Position numbers and translations under genes: made by a program
Virus record (IMG/VR): IMGVR_UViG_3300044956_000431
Location: 45,985 to 109,984 of that record
Reading direction: 5' to 3' (one strand)
Source of the DNA: a virus
DNA length: 64,000 nt
Notes under the pieces: generated by a model
Databases searched by the model: none
The model's input: only the letters and a program-made list of their open reading frames with translations
What the model was told of the DNA's origin: nothing
Part shown: one piece after another, positions 19,753 through 29,392 of the stretch
Layout of the letters: each line of letters begins with the position of its first letter
How positions within the stretch are numbered: position 1 is the first letter of the stretch

Positions 19753-20570
19753 TAAATGATTGCCAAAGAAAAATAGTTATCTTGTATTGTAACATTTTTT
19801 GTAACTATATTCCTAGCCGAAGGAAGTTGTTTTTGCCACCCTACTAGATTTGCGATTGGTTGAGTATATCCGTGTGGTACTAAGTTTTGTTTCTTGCACC
19901 AGTCAAGAAACTCTGTTGGAGGGTCGACTCGGTATGGTTTTACCAGATTCATACCTAAAAATGCATCTATGTTGTCCCAGTTATTTGAGTCTCTAGAAGC
20001 ATCTGCACTGTCGTCCATCCACTGAAACTGTTCATAGGCATTACGACCGTGCCCAGGATATTCAAGATATAGATGACAAACTTGCCACTGTTGTATTTGA
20101 TTTTGAAAAGGATTCGGCACTCGCCAGTGAGTGTTGTCTCTAAATCGATATTGAAAAGATTGTTCTATTAGATGTATATGGCAGTTCATCTCTTGATAGG
20201 CCTCATAATATTTCTTATCAAGTTTATACAATAGCTCAGTAAAACGTGGTTGGTTGTATCTAGTTTCTGCCCAATCCTTGTGAAGTTTGTTTAGCTGTGC
20301 TTGATCAAACCAGTCTGTAGGCAAATCAAATCTTGGAAGTTTAAGTTTACCCAGTACCTCATTTACTGTGCTAATGTATGCAATCTCTTGCTCAATCAGT
20401 ATCAACGTGTCGCTAGGCTTTGTTATTTCGTCGATTACTTGATCGCCCAGGATGTATCTATTCTGCCCAATCGAGTTACTTTGCTCAACAAACCAAGCAG
20501 TTAGATCTTTGCTGACAACATCAAAAAACAGTTCGTCTTGAGTTGCATTCCAAGTTAGTTTTAATCTCAT
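19752..20570 (-). CDS. Hypothetical protein, paralog of 33460-34362
   Basis: Shared LNKLHxDW and (H/C)GRxxYxxF motifs. Confidence 0.7.
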   Translation of the reverse strand: MRLKLTWNATQDELFFDVVSKDLTAWFVEQSNSIGQNRYILGDQVIDEITKPSDTLILIEQEIAYISTVNEVLGKLKLPRFDLPTDWFDQAQLNKLHKDWAETRYNQPRFTELLYKLDKKYYEAYQEMNCHIHLIEQSFQYRFRDNTHWRVPNPFQNQIQQWQVCHLYLEYPGHGRNAYEQFQWMDDSADASRDSNNWDNIDAFLGMNLVKPYRVDPPTEFLDWCKKQNLVPHGYTQPIANLVGWQKQLPSARNIVTKNVTIQDNYFSLAII

Positions 20571-20581
20571 AATGATCTTTT

Positions 20582-20610
20582 ACTATAAAGGAATGTATTT
20601 AAGAAGTCAA
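20582..20610 (-). promoter_or_regulatory. Sigma70-like promoter with an embedded TAAATA
   Basis: TTGACT-N17-TATAGT upstream of 20570. Confidence 0.55.
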
Positions 20611-20640
20611 AAAAACAGGCACCGTTTTATGGGTGCCTGT
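20609..20640 (-). terminator. Rho-independent terminator
   Basis: ACAGGCACC...GGTGCCTGT stem followed by a T-tract on the minus strand. Confidence 0.8.
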
Positions 20641-20694
20641 GTAAAAGTTGGAATGTCTAGGAGCTAGACTATTGATGACACTCCAACAATACTG

Positions 20695-21717
20695 TTAGTG
20701 TTTCATAACAGTATTTTCTGCCAGTGCTCGCCAGTTGGCGCTCACTTTAGTTAGATCCGCAATCTTCAGCGCCATACGCAGGCTCATTTCGCGGAGTTGA
20801 TCTTTGTTCTCGTCCATGAACTGCAGGATCTCATCACCTTGCTCGGGTGTGAAGTCATAGTCGTTAAACAGTTGACCCTGACGGAAGATTTGCTTGATAC
20901 GCAGGAACTTGTCACGCATGGTGTCCAAGGTCAGATCCAAGAAGTGACAACGACTTTGCAGAGCTTCAAGGTGATCTTGCAGTTTCTTGCTCTTGAGGTG
21001 ATCAAACTTCAAATTGGTAATAAAGATTGCAGAACCTTTGAAGTCAAAAGTGTCAGGCACGCCTTCACGACGCAACATGGCACTGTCTGAGTTCCAGCAG
21101 ATACGACGCTTCTTGCCAGAGTCCAGGGCGGCTTTGAGGATGTTCAGTGCCACATCGTCCTGGAAAACAGAGTCACAGTCGTCAAACACTAGAACGTTGT
21201 TAGGATCACTGTGACGATACAGAGTGCAGTACAGTCCAATGGGAGTCATTGCACCTTTAATCACTGCGTACTTGATCTTGCGACCGCTGAGCTGATCAAA
21301 CAGGCCGGACTTTTGCAGCTGATACTCAACCCCGTAGGATTTACCCACACCAGGAGGGCCAACTACAATCATAGCACGGATGTCGCCAGCAATAGCGGCC
21401 TTGGTCATGTCGTCAAGAATATTGAAACGCTGTTCAATACGAGCCATGACTTCTTCGTCTGTTTCAACCTGGACGGGTTGTTTGAACTCAACTACTTTGT
21501 CTGCTTTGCCCATGGGCTCTCCGTCTACAAACTCGATGTTATTGATGCTATCAACACGAACACGGATTTCGTCGGGGAAACCCGGAAAATAGTCACCATT
21601 GGCCACGGTTACATAGTTACCCTTGGCACTGGTTGTGAAGTCTTTCACCAACGCAAAGGTAGCGTTGACGATGGGTTTGTTGCGGTAAACACCGTCAATG
21701 ATACGAACTGTGCTCAT
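20695..21717 (-). CDS. AAA+ family ATPase
   Basis: Walker A GPPGVGKS, Walker B LVFDDCD, FITN, ALQSR. Confidence 0.85.
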   Translation of the reverse strand: MSTVRIIDGVYRNKPIVNATFALVKDFTTSAKGNYVTVANGDYFPGFPDEIRVRVDSINNIEFVDGEPMGKADKVVEFKQPVQVETDEEVMARIEQRFNILDDMTKAAIAGDIRAMIVVGPPGVGKSYGVEYQLQKSGLFDQLSGRKIKYAVIKGAMTPIGLYCTLYRHSDPNNVLVFDDCDSVFQDDVALNILKAALDSGKKRRICWNSDSAMLRREGVPDTFDFKGSAIFITNLKFDHLKSKKLQDHLEALQSRCHFLDLTLDTMRDKFLRIKQIFRQGQLFNDYDFTPEQGDEILQFMDENKDQLREMSLRMALKIADLTKVSANWRALAENTVMKH

Positions 21718-21816
21718 TTAGTCTGCTCCTAAAATGATTGTGAACTTGTATTGTATGCTAGTGCTCTTTTTGTGTCAACGGCGCTGGGCACACAACCTTT
21801 TACTTACTATACCATT

Positions 21817-21933
21817 ATTGTAGCAAAATGGGCATTTCTGGTCAACCTTTTGTTTTTGCTGGATTTTGTGGCTTTTTTTTGCAATATTTTTACTGTGCGC
21901 TTATATTGTAGCATTAAGCGCATTTTTGGTCAA
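21817..21933 (-). promoter_or_regulatory. Two tandem sigma70-type early promoters
   Basis: GGTTGACC-N17-TACAAT with extended -10 TG, at 21817-21845 and 21905-21933. Confidence 0.75.
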
Positions 21934-21936
21934 CCA

Positions 21937-21966
21937 TAAAAAAAGGGCTGTAAACAGCCCTATTTT
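21937..21966. terminator. Rho-independent terminator
   Basis: A-tract, AGGGCTGT-aa-ACAGCCCT, ATTTT. Confidence 0.75.
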
Positions 21967-21982
21967 GTTGCTGGTCTGTGGA

Positions 21983-22378
21983 TTACAATATTGTGCCCAC
22001 CGGATGATTTACCATAGTAAATGTAATAGTTTCGCCAGCGCTGACTTCAAAATACCATCCTGCCCAATCTTTTGCTGGCACAAATCCAACATGCGAATCA
22101 GGTTGTTCAGGGAGTTGTCCGTTGATTAATATATTTTTACGCATGTCACACTGAGCATCTCCCAAAGCGGCACCCACGGTAACAATGCCTGAAGTCACTG
22201 CAATACTGACGGATGCAGTATCATTGTCTGCGGCCGCCCAATCAAAAGTCAACAGGTCAATTTCAGAATCCAATGGCAAACCTTGGCCTACAGGTCCGCT
22301 GTGTACTAATGTGCCGTTGCTTAATGCCGTGATAGCTGCCGGTGTAGAGAATATTCTTCCTAATATAGTTACTTGCAT
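21983..22378 (-). CDS. Hypothetical beta-rich protein
   Basis: AAAGGA RBS before MQVTILG; TATAAATA upstream. Confidence 0.65.
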   Translation of the reverse strand: MQVTILGRIFSTPAAITALSNGTLVHSGPVGQGLPLDSEIDLLTFDWAAADNDTASVSIAVTSGIVTVGAALGDAQCDMRKNILINGQLPEQPDSHVGFVPAKDWAGWYFEVSAGETITFTMVNHPVGTIL

Positions 22379-22422
22379 AGTGAATCCTTTCAATAAAATT
22401 CATAGTAATATTTATACCAAAC

Positions 22423-23190
22423 TTATTTCCAATGCTGTAAAATAGTGGTATCATTGACTTGATGCGGCTTTGGATGCCCGTGAAATATCATTACACTAGT
22501 ATCCGGCAACAATGTTGTGCCTGTGCCAGGAGTTCGATGCTTGCGGTGTTGAAAATCATATCCACCATCTAGCAGTTCCCAGCGCCAGCTTTTTACACGA
22601 GTTTGATCAAAATAGCTTACCTGATCAATGGCTATTTTTTCCTGTATATAATCCTGATCGCCGTGCCAGGAAGATCTACGGTGTGCAATATCCCCGGGCT
22701 CAAATTCTCTATAGATATGATTGAAACGTGCTGGGTCAAACCACATCATAGACGAGTTAATAGTAGCTCGTGTTGGGCGAAAAAGATATTTGAAATCTTG
22801 CACTGCCCAGAGTTTGTCTGTTGAAAGCTGCCATATCCAGTCTATGTTGCCTGTAATCACTGTGTCAAGATCAAAATACAACAACGGTCCAGAATGGTAT
22901 CTGTTATCAAATAGCTGTAATTTATACCACCAACTGCGCTTGGGCCCACGTATACCCGACCATTCTTGCAAAGGATGATGTATCATATGCCCAGGAACCA
23001 CTCTATTTTTTTCTGTGTACACATGCATGCGTACAACGGGAGTGAGATTGCGGCATAGGCTGTTGTATAGCCGTTCTACGTAGACCCATTGATACAGCAC
23101 ATCATGAATAAGACATGCGCAATCAATGATTGTAGGCATAGTTGGTTGCAGTCCCAACTTCCTGGCTCTTTTTTCTTCTTTGGTTTCCAT
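22423..23190 (-). CDS. Glycosyltransferase, GT-A fold (GT8-like)
   Basis: WWYKL, YFDLD, INSSMM, GDQ and FHGHPKP. Confidence 0.8.
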   Translation of the reverse strand: METKEEKRARKLGLQPTMPTIIDCACLIHDVLYQWVYVERLYNSLCRNLTPVVRMHVYTEKNRVVPGHMIHHPLQEWSGIRGPKRSWWYKLQLFDNRYHSGPLLYFDLDTVITGNIDWIWQLSTDKLWAVQDFKYLFRPTRATINSSMMWFDPARFNHIYREFEPGDIAHRRSSWHGDQDYIQEKIAIDQVSYFDQTRVKSWRWELLDGGYDFQHRKHRTPGTGTTLLPDTSVMIFHGHPKPHQVNDTTILQHWK

Positions 23191-24038
23191 CAGGTGTATA
23201 ATCTTGATTCTAGTCTTTGATACCAGGCGCCTTGAGATATTTCATCAACGGTATATTCTGTGTGGCATATTTCTACCAGCCACTGAGATCGATCTATTTG
23301 ACAAGGACGTTCGATATCTTGTAATGCTGTACTTACCGGCCATGCCAAACTGGTTTGATCTACTATTGTTTTAGTTCCTGCCAGCGCCGCCTGTATTCCT
23401 GGTCCAGCATTATAGTTTACCATGGCATAGCAATCAAATGCAAGATCGTAACTGTCGTAAGTGTTGATGATTTTTTTTGGAAGTTCTATATATACTTTGT
23501 TTGTCAATCTTAGCTTTGAAAAATTCAACGGAGACCTAGGATGCGGACGAACAGCAATGGGTCTATCTGTGACCGATTTCAGTTGGGAAATATTTTGATT
23601 TATCCATTGTTCGATGCTGTCTAAGGAGGCTGTTTGTAAACTTTTGGCATGCTGTGCGGCTATAACGATCTTGGGATTCCTAGAAGTATTGTTGAGTAAG
23701 TCAATGCCCAGTTTACCTGGGCGAGTCCAATCGAGATTTTGTTGATGCCCATAAAAACCCAATGCTGTGATAGAATCAACTGCTATCTTCCAAGTGATGT
23801 TTCGTCGGAGAGTACCTACATCTAGAATGATGACTGGCTTGTTGTGTTTTTTATAATGGTTCCAAATATGTTGATTTGGTTGCATACGACCATTCCAAAG
23901 CACAGACCAAATCACTGCCACATCAGCGTCTAAGGAGTTTTTGATCAGAGAAAAATATCGCCCGGCGCTGTTGAGAAATGCGGCAAGCACGGGCCCAGAG
24001 TTAAGAGCAGTATAATCTGGAAAGTAGGCCAGTTTCAT
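23190..24038 (-). CDS. GT-B glycosyltransferase-like protein (KpsS/KpsC-like)
   Basis: AAQH..SLQ, VRPHPR, VNYNAGPGIQAALAG; start MKLAYF at 24038. Confidence 0.6.
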   Translation of the reverse strand: MKLAYFPDYTALNSGPVLAAFLNSAGRYFSLIKNSLDADVAVIWSVLWNGRMQPNQHIWNHYKKHNKPVIILDVGTLRRNITWKIAVDSITALGFYGHQQNLDWTRPGKLGIDLLNNTSRNPKIVIAAQHAKSLQTASLDSIEQWINQNISQLKSVTDRPIAVRPHPRSPLNFSKLRLTNKVYIELPKKIINTYDSYDLAFDCYAMVNYNAGPGIQAALAGTKTIVDQTSLAWPVSTALQDIERPCQIDRSQWLVEICHTEYTVDEISQGAWYQRLESRLYT

Positions 24039-24039
24039 T

Positions 24040-24055
24040 GGGTAAATATTTACCC
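24040..24055. promoter_or_regulatory. Palindromic bidirectional late-promoter element
   Basis: Perfect palindrome GGGTAAATATTTACCC between divergent start codons at 24038 and 24056. Confidence 0.7.
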
Positions 24056-24850
24056 ATGCAACTACCCAACATACTTGGAACTTGTGACCAAGACGAAACA
24101 TTTGTTTACACTGCCTGCGATCTAGGTTATTTTGATGAGTTTGGATCTGTGTTGATCAACAGCATCCGACAAAATACTGATCTAGGAATACATGTACATC
24201 TTTTCAATCCAGTCAAAAATCAGCTAAAATGGTGCAGTGCGCAACAAAGAGTTTCATGCACTTACGAATATGTCGAACCTGCACAGTTTGCCGCATCAAG
24301 CCAAAGATGGTGCAATGTTCCCATAACCGAACCTGAAAAAAGTTTTCACCAACGCACACTCACTGCCATGACCAAAGGTCGAGATCAAAGTATACAAGAA
24401 CGCATGATGAAAACATATTTTGCCTGTGCTAGATTTATACGGCTAGCAGAGATATTTTCCAATTGCCCAGTTATTGCCATTGATGTGGATGCTGTAGTGC
24501 GGTCTACTTTTCCTCTTTTATCTGTAGACAAAGATTTTTACATACATCATATATCAGGAAAGAAAGCACGATTTCTTGCTGGAGGATTGATGTTATATCC
24601 CACAGTTGGCTCTAAAAGATTTCTTGCCCAGTACTCGGCCAAACTAAAAGAATATTTTGAAAGAGATTATGTGTACTGGGGACTAGATCAAGATCTACTG
24701 GATCAACTAGTTCCCCAGTACAACCACGGGCAACTACCTATGTCAATGATTGACTGGAACATGTCCAATGACAGCGCTGTATGGACGGCCAAAGGCACTC
24801 GCAAAGAAGACCAACGATTTATCGATGAGAAGAAGAAATATATCGTCTGA
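24056..24850 (+). CDS. Nucleotide-diphospho-sugar transferase (GT-A)
   Basis: YTACD, YFACARF, IDVD, LAGG and WGLDQ. Confidence 0.7.
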   Translation: MQLPNILGTCDQDETFVYTACDLGYFDEFGSVLINSIRQNTDLGIHVHLFNPVKNQLKWCSAQQRVSCTYEYVEPAQFAASSQRWCNVPITEPEKSFHQRTLTAMTKGRDQSIQERMMKTYFACARFIRLAEIFSNCPVIAIDVDAVVRSTFPLLSVDKDFYIHHISGKKARFLAGGLMLYPTVGSKRFLAQYSAKLKEYFERDYVYWGLDQDLLDQLVPQYNHGQLPMSMIDWNMSNDSAVWTAKGTRKEDQRFIDEKKKYIV

Positions 24851-25748
24851 TTGCTGACCAAAGCTGGCCGGTGCGTACTTCGTCATTGCTCCAGTGTATG
24901 TTAGCAATCTCATGTATCCATTGAGATCTGTCAGGCATGGGTGGATCTACTATCAATGATATATCATAAAATGCTACATCTGCCGCCCAACTGTGCCTAG
25001 GATCTTCTACATAGCATGGCACACCTTCGATCACTGCTACCACATTGGGAGTAGAGTTATACCCAACAGCACACCAACAGTTGACTAAGTCATCTCGGAT
25101 GTTGTCGTTGACGCTGACGATTACTTTGTCCTTGGCTGTGTATCTTTTTTGTATTCTGTCCACTTGTTTGTGTCTTGACCCATCCCCTGGGTGCATGCGA
25201 ATCACGATAGGTCGCTTGAGATCTATTTTTCTAATCTTGCTGATAGTTTTTTCCAACCAGTGATCCTGATTGTTACCAAACATATTCCAACCCTTGGGGC
25301 GTTGGCACAAGATCAATATGTGCTGTCCGTTGGCTCCTTGCCTCCACGGTTTCATCATTGTGTTATGCCAAGACGCATAGCGATCCCACTTGGTTTCATC
25401 TAACTGATCAAAAAGGTAAATGCCATTATTGGGATACACAGAGTTAAGGCTGTAACGGTGCCATTCGTGTTCTTTGCAAGCATAATGAAGAATATTACTG
25501 TCAACAAAAATCTGCGGTGTTTTTTGTGCCCGCAGGCAGTTGATTATTTTTTTACGGAAGTTATCTTCCAGTGTATAACCCAGAACAAATCCTGCGTCCA
25601 AGAACTGATTGGGCAGGGCATTGTCTCGGTACTCAATGACTTCGTCACCATGGACTTTGACTCCGGCTTTGAAGTTGTCCATCAGCATCACTTTGTTGGA
25701 AAACTTAGCAGGATTGCTGATCGAGTTATAAAATATTCCTACTTTCAT
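24819..25748 (-). CDS. GT-B glycosyltransferase-like protein (KpsS/KpsC-like), paralog of 23190-24038
   Basis: ILCQ, IRMHPG, VGYNSTPNVVAVIEGVP, DRSQW. Confidence 0.6.
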   Translation of the reverse strand: MKVGIFYNSISNPAKFSNKVMLMDNFKAGVKVHGDEVIEYRDNALPNQFLDAGFVLGYTLEDNFRKKIINCLRAQKTPQIFVDSNILHYACKEHEWHRYSLNSVYPNNGIYLFDQLDETKWDRYASWHNTMMKPWRQGANGQHILILCQRPKGWNMFGNNQDHWLEKTISKIRKIDLKRPIVIRMHPGDGSRHKQVDRIQKRYTAKDKVIVSVNDNIRDDLVNCWCAVGYNSTPNVVAVIEGVPCYVEDPRHSWAADVAFYDISLIVDPPMPDRSQWIHEIANIHWSNDEVRTGQLWSAIRRYISSSHR

Positions 25749-26500
25749 TGCCAATCTTTAGTCTTGGTCATACTAATGTTGCCTTCCTCAGGCAAGGTAT
25801 TGCGTCCCATGATATAAGTGTTGATATGCATGAGTACCACAAACTGATTGATCGCATTGTCGGCTGGGTACCAGTAAGGTCTATAGAACTTGGTCAATGC
25901 TTGCGCCGCATCAGGTGTAATGGCATATCCGCTGGCGCCTGGCATGCTGAAGTTTTGCCAGTGACGAGCTTGCGGTATTCCTGAGGGATTTTCTAGATAA
26001 CTTTTTTGAGGTTCGCTCATAAAAGAACTTTTACCAAGACTCAATATAAGAACTCCGTCAAAGGCCACAGGATGGTATCCTCTGTAGAATTTGACATCAT
26101 CCTCGAATATCATTATGGGTTCATCTAACTTGGTACACAGTTTCCATAAGTTGTAATGACTGTAAAAGCAACCAATCACACCTGGCCGGCTCATTTTGGC
26201 CCGCTCGGACTCGCTGATCAACTGGCGTTCCACTATCTCGTATCGGTGTTTCTTTTTGAACTCTTCGTAAAGTTCTGGACGGATCAACTGTTCAATGTCG
26301 CGGTCGTCCAGCAAACGATTTTTTATGCTATAGGGGTAGAGAGTTTTTTTTGCTCGTTCGGCCAAGTCAATAGCTTTGTTACCAGGAGTACCTTCAAACA
26401 ACTTAGCATCGATACCATATTCCTTGAGTTGTTGTATCATCTCCGCAGATGAATTCACGCTGTGGGGACGTTCTGGAAGATAGATTACAAATGCTTTCAT
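25745..26500 (-). CDS. Glycosyltransferase family 25
   Basis: FVIYL, GCFYSHYNLW, IFEDD, GYAITP and PAD. Confidence 0.85.
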   Translation of the reverse strand: MKAFVIYLPERPHSVNSSAEMIQQLKEYGIDAKLFEGTPGNKAIDLAERAKKTLYPYSIKNRLLDDRDIEQLIRPELYEEFKKKHRYEIVERQLISESERAKMSRPGVIGCFYSHYNLWKLCTKLDEPIMIFEDDVKFYRGYHPVAFDGVLILSLGKSSFMSEPQKSYLENPSGIPQARHWQNFSMPGASGYAITPDAAQALTKFYRPYWYPADNAINQFVVLMHINTYIMGRNTLPEEGNISMTKTKDWQ

Positions 26501-27150
26501 ACAGAAAAAACTGCTTCGTGGCGATAACGATCTATGATTTTGTACCCAAACTGTGCAAGATACTTTTCAACTTCAGGAAAAGGTTTATCGTATCGCAAAC
26601 CGTGACCGGCTTCTTCCACTGCAATGATTGGCAAATATCGTTTGATAGTTTGTTCTGCTCCGTTAAGTGCAAACCATTCAAAGCCTTCTATGTCCAAATG
26701 TATGTAAGAACACACATCAAGATTCAAATCATCGATCATTAGTGTAGGTATCTTGTCGTGGCGTACATTCTTTTTGGCCCTCTTTACTAAATCTTGTCCG
26801 CCAGCTATATGGTTTTTGCCGCGGTTGTCCTCGCGCCAGGTTACACTAACTAGGTTTCTTTCATTACCGATACAGGCTTGATACTTCATGACATGCCTCT
26901 CAGGATTGTTTAGTGTCAGACAAAGAAAGTTGACATTATCAGGCTCAAACACATAAACTCTTTCAAACTGTCGGGCATAGATCTGTGTAAACCAACCCAT
27001 GTTTCCGCCGGCCTGAATCATGACTTTTTTGTCAGGCACATGGGTCATTAAGTGCTCGGGCAGATCTGATTCTTTCTTGGTCCAGTCGAAGCATCGGACT
27101 TCGTTCTTTGGCCACCAAAGGCCTTCTCTCATTTCCAGTTGGTCTATCAT
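26497..27150 (-). CDS. FkbM-family methyltransferase
   Basis: QAGGNMG, FEPD, IDDL, HLDIEGFE...LNGA and PIIAVE. Confidence 0.85.
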   Translation of the reverse strand: MIDQLEMREGLWWPKNEVRCFDWTKKESDLPEHLMTHVPDKKVMIQAGGNMGWFTQIYARQFERVYVFEPDNVNFLCLTLNNPERHVMKYQACIGNERNLVSVTWREDNRGKNHIAGGQDLVKRAKKNVRHDKIPTLMIDDLNLDVCSYIHLDIEGFEWFALNGAEQTIKRYLPIIAVEEAGHGLRYDKPFPEVEKYLAQFGYKIIDRYRHEAVFSV

Positions 27151-27151
27151 T

Positions 27152-27838
27152 TTATATGTTCCTTTGTTGGCAATATTCAGTTAATATGCGTTCTCTGTGC
27201 CACTCTTCGCTTTGTGGTGTATCTGCAAACTCATGAAAGCAGGGAGTACCCAAGGTATAGTGTAACAGCTTGGCGTTGGTGTTTGGCCCGTATTCATCAG
27301 GCAACCAGTTCCACTCTGGAGGTAGTTCGCCTATATGTTCGTCGTCTAACCAAGAGAAACGGTGAAGAAAACTACCGGTTGAACCTTGGATGAACTCAGG
27401 GGTAAGACGCCTGTTAGGAAAGCTACTACAGTTCCAGAGAATAACACTACTCCAATTTTTCCTAGGATAATCTTCATTCTTTGCTCCAAGATATTTCACA
27501 GGCATGCAAGTTTTGTAATCATGTTTAACAACCATGACATCTTTGTTGGGTTGTTTAAGATTCCAAAGATTCGTGATGTCATCGCGCACAATCATGTCGC
27601 CATCGATAAAGATAGCCCATCCCGACCAATGCATGAGATAAGGTACAAGAAATCTAGTATAGATAAAATGATTGGATCCATCAGTATGCGTTTCATCGTA
27701 ATCTTTAAACAGATTCAACGCAACAGGATGTATGGCCACAGGTTGTGTGGCATGTCTGATAATCGAGTTTGCACAGGTATGGAAGGCTATGGCCTCTCTT
27801 GGATCATACCCTACAAATACAGGAATGATATCACTCAT
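27152..27838 (-). CDS. Glycosyltransferase, GT8-like
   Basis: FVGYDPRE, FIYTRFLVP, FIDGD, YPRKNWSS and HYTLGTP. Confidence 0.85.
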   Translation of the reverse strand: MSDIIPVFVGYDPREAIAFHTCANSIIRHATQPVAIHPVALNLFKDYDETHTDGSNHFIYTRFLVPYLMHWSGWAIFIDGDMIVRDDITNLWNLKQPNKDVMVVKHDYKTCMPVKYLGAKNEDYPRKNWSSVILWNCSSFPNRRLTPEFIQGSTGSFLHRFSWLDDEHIGELPPEWNWLPDEYGPNTNAKLLHYTLGTPCFHEFADTPQSEEWHRERILTEYCQQRNI

Positions 27839-28599
27839 TTTCTTTGTATATCCGTTTCCTCACAACGATCACCATATTGTATTTCAATGATCTTGAGTGG
27901 TTCTGTGCCTTCATTGGCCAGCTGATGCCATTCACGTCGATTAATTACCAACATCTGATGTTCTGTGTATCGACCATGCAGTTCCGCATCTGATGACCTG
28001 TTCAGAGTGTACAGCGTGGCTTCGCCTTGGCTGACAAACCAAACTTCGCCACGATCTTCGTGACGTTGCATACTCAATGTTTGACCTGGGTCCACTGTTA
28101 GTTCTTTGAGTTTGACTCTTTCATTGGGCTCGTGTAACACACGGTAGTATCCCCAGGTGCGTTCAGTCTTGGGTGCTTTCCATTGTTCCAATATCCAAGA
28201 GCTCGAATTATCTTTGTTGAAACCGCCCACTCCAAACACAAACTTGATATTGTTATCGTTGACATCCATCTCTGGAATATTTTCGTTGGTACGATCACCA
28301 CCGTTGGCGAATATTATTTCATCTTGTGGGTACATGGCCCTGACATTGTGTATGGCTTGCTTACTTGACCCGTCACTGTCATCATACACAACACAATGAT
28401 CTACCATTCGTAAACTTTGCACGATGTTGACTCGTTCCTGCATTGGCAGGAAAGGTCGACCTTTTTTGCGTGTGAGCCAGGCGTCAGAGTTGACTCCTAC
28501 TACTAAAATGTCACCCAGTTGTCGAGCAGCCTGGAAGTAGGCGAGATGTCCAGAATGAACAGGGTCAAATCCGCCAGTTACAAGTACGATTTTTTTCAT
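27835..28599 (-). CDS. Cytidylyltransferase-like domain fused to a cupin (type II mannose-6-phosphate isomerase-like)
   Basis: GGFDPVHSGH, NSDAWL and ANGGDR; RTWGYY, LSMQRH and IIEIQYG. Confidence 0.85.
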   Translation of the reverse strand: MKKIVLVTGGFDPVHSGHLAYFQAARQLGDILVVGVNSDAWLTRKKGRPFLPMQERVNIVQSLRMVDHCVVYDDSDGSSKQAIHNVRAMYPQDEIIFANGGDRTNENIPEMDVNDNNIKFVFGVGGFNKDNSSSWILEQWKAPKTERTWGYYRVLHEPNERVKLKELTVDPGQTLSMQRHEDRGEVWFVSQGEATLYTLNRSSDAELHGRYTEHQMLVINRREWHQLANEGTEPLKIIEIQYGDRCEETDIQRK

Positions 28600-28633
28600 A
28601 TGGGTATTCATAATAGGCCCATATTATGATACT

Positions 28634-29392
28634 TTATTGATGTCCCATCCAACTGAGACTCTTGTCAATCCAGGGCAACACAAGATTATGCTGCCGTAGA
28701 TATCCATATCGGTTCACGCATTCCACCGCCGAAGCAGGCAACAGACCTTTTTCTGCCAGGTGATACCAAGAAGTGGTTCTAGGCTCAATGGGTTCCTGAT
28801 TGCTGTTATATACTATGGCATGTAGCCAAGGATCGTTAGGCTGCTTCAGGAAGAATCCTGAACTGCAATCCCACCCTGTGACAGCCAACATGTGGATCAA
28901 ACTTACCATAGTATGATTGTAGTAACAACCCGATGGTTGGTCAAAGGCCTGGCGCGAAAATTCAATGTTAGTGGTTTGTGGTACTACCAACACCAGCATA
29001 CCATCTTTGGCACACAGTCGACGCCAGTTGGCAAGACATTGCATGGGATTGATCATGTATTGAAACACATCGTGGCACCATAAGATGTCTTGACCGTGCT
29101 TGATCTGTTGTAGGCTTTCGAGATCATTTTGTAGGTAAGTGATATTGGCTATTATGGCCTCTGAACTCAAACTGTCAACTAAATCGACTCCAGTGCATCG
29201 AATGTTCAACGGTGTAGGGTCATCGTCTCTGGTGGTACGAGTAGCCCACCATTGCAAATCCAATGCTTCATGGCCACACCCCAAATCTATCACACTGTCC
29301 ACACTTTCCATAAAATCGTCGTGTTCGTATAGATCGTTTAACACTCGCAAACTATGGGCATGGCTTTCTTGTGCGTTTTTAAAAGTTGTCAT
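28634..29392 (-). CDS. SAM-dependent methyltransferase
   Basis: IDLGCG, GVD, WCHDVFQY and DGMLVL. Confidence 0.75.
   Translation of the reverse strand: MTTFKNAQESHAHSLRVLNDLYEHDDFMESVDSVIDLGCGHEALDLQWWATRTTRDDDPTPLNIRCTGVDLVDSLSSEAIIANITYLQNDLESLQQIKHGQDILWCHDVFQYMINPMQCLANWRRLCAKDGMLVLVVPQTTNIEFSRQAFDQPSGCYYNHTMVSLIHMLAVTGWDCSSGFFLKQPNDPWLHAIVYNSNQEPIEPRTTSWYHLAEKGLLPASAVECVNRYGYLRQHNLVLPWIDKSLSWMGHQ

Noticed and set aside
21720-21800. Possible structured RNA or riboswitch in the ATPase leader
   Set aside because: The pairing relies on G-U pairs that exist only on the non-transcribed strand; no known motif recognised
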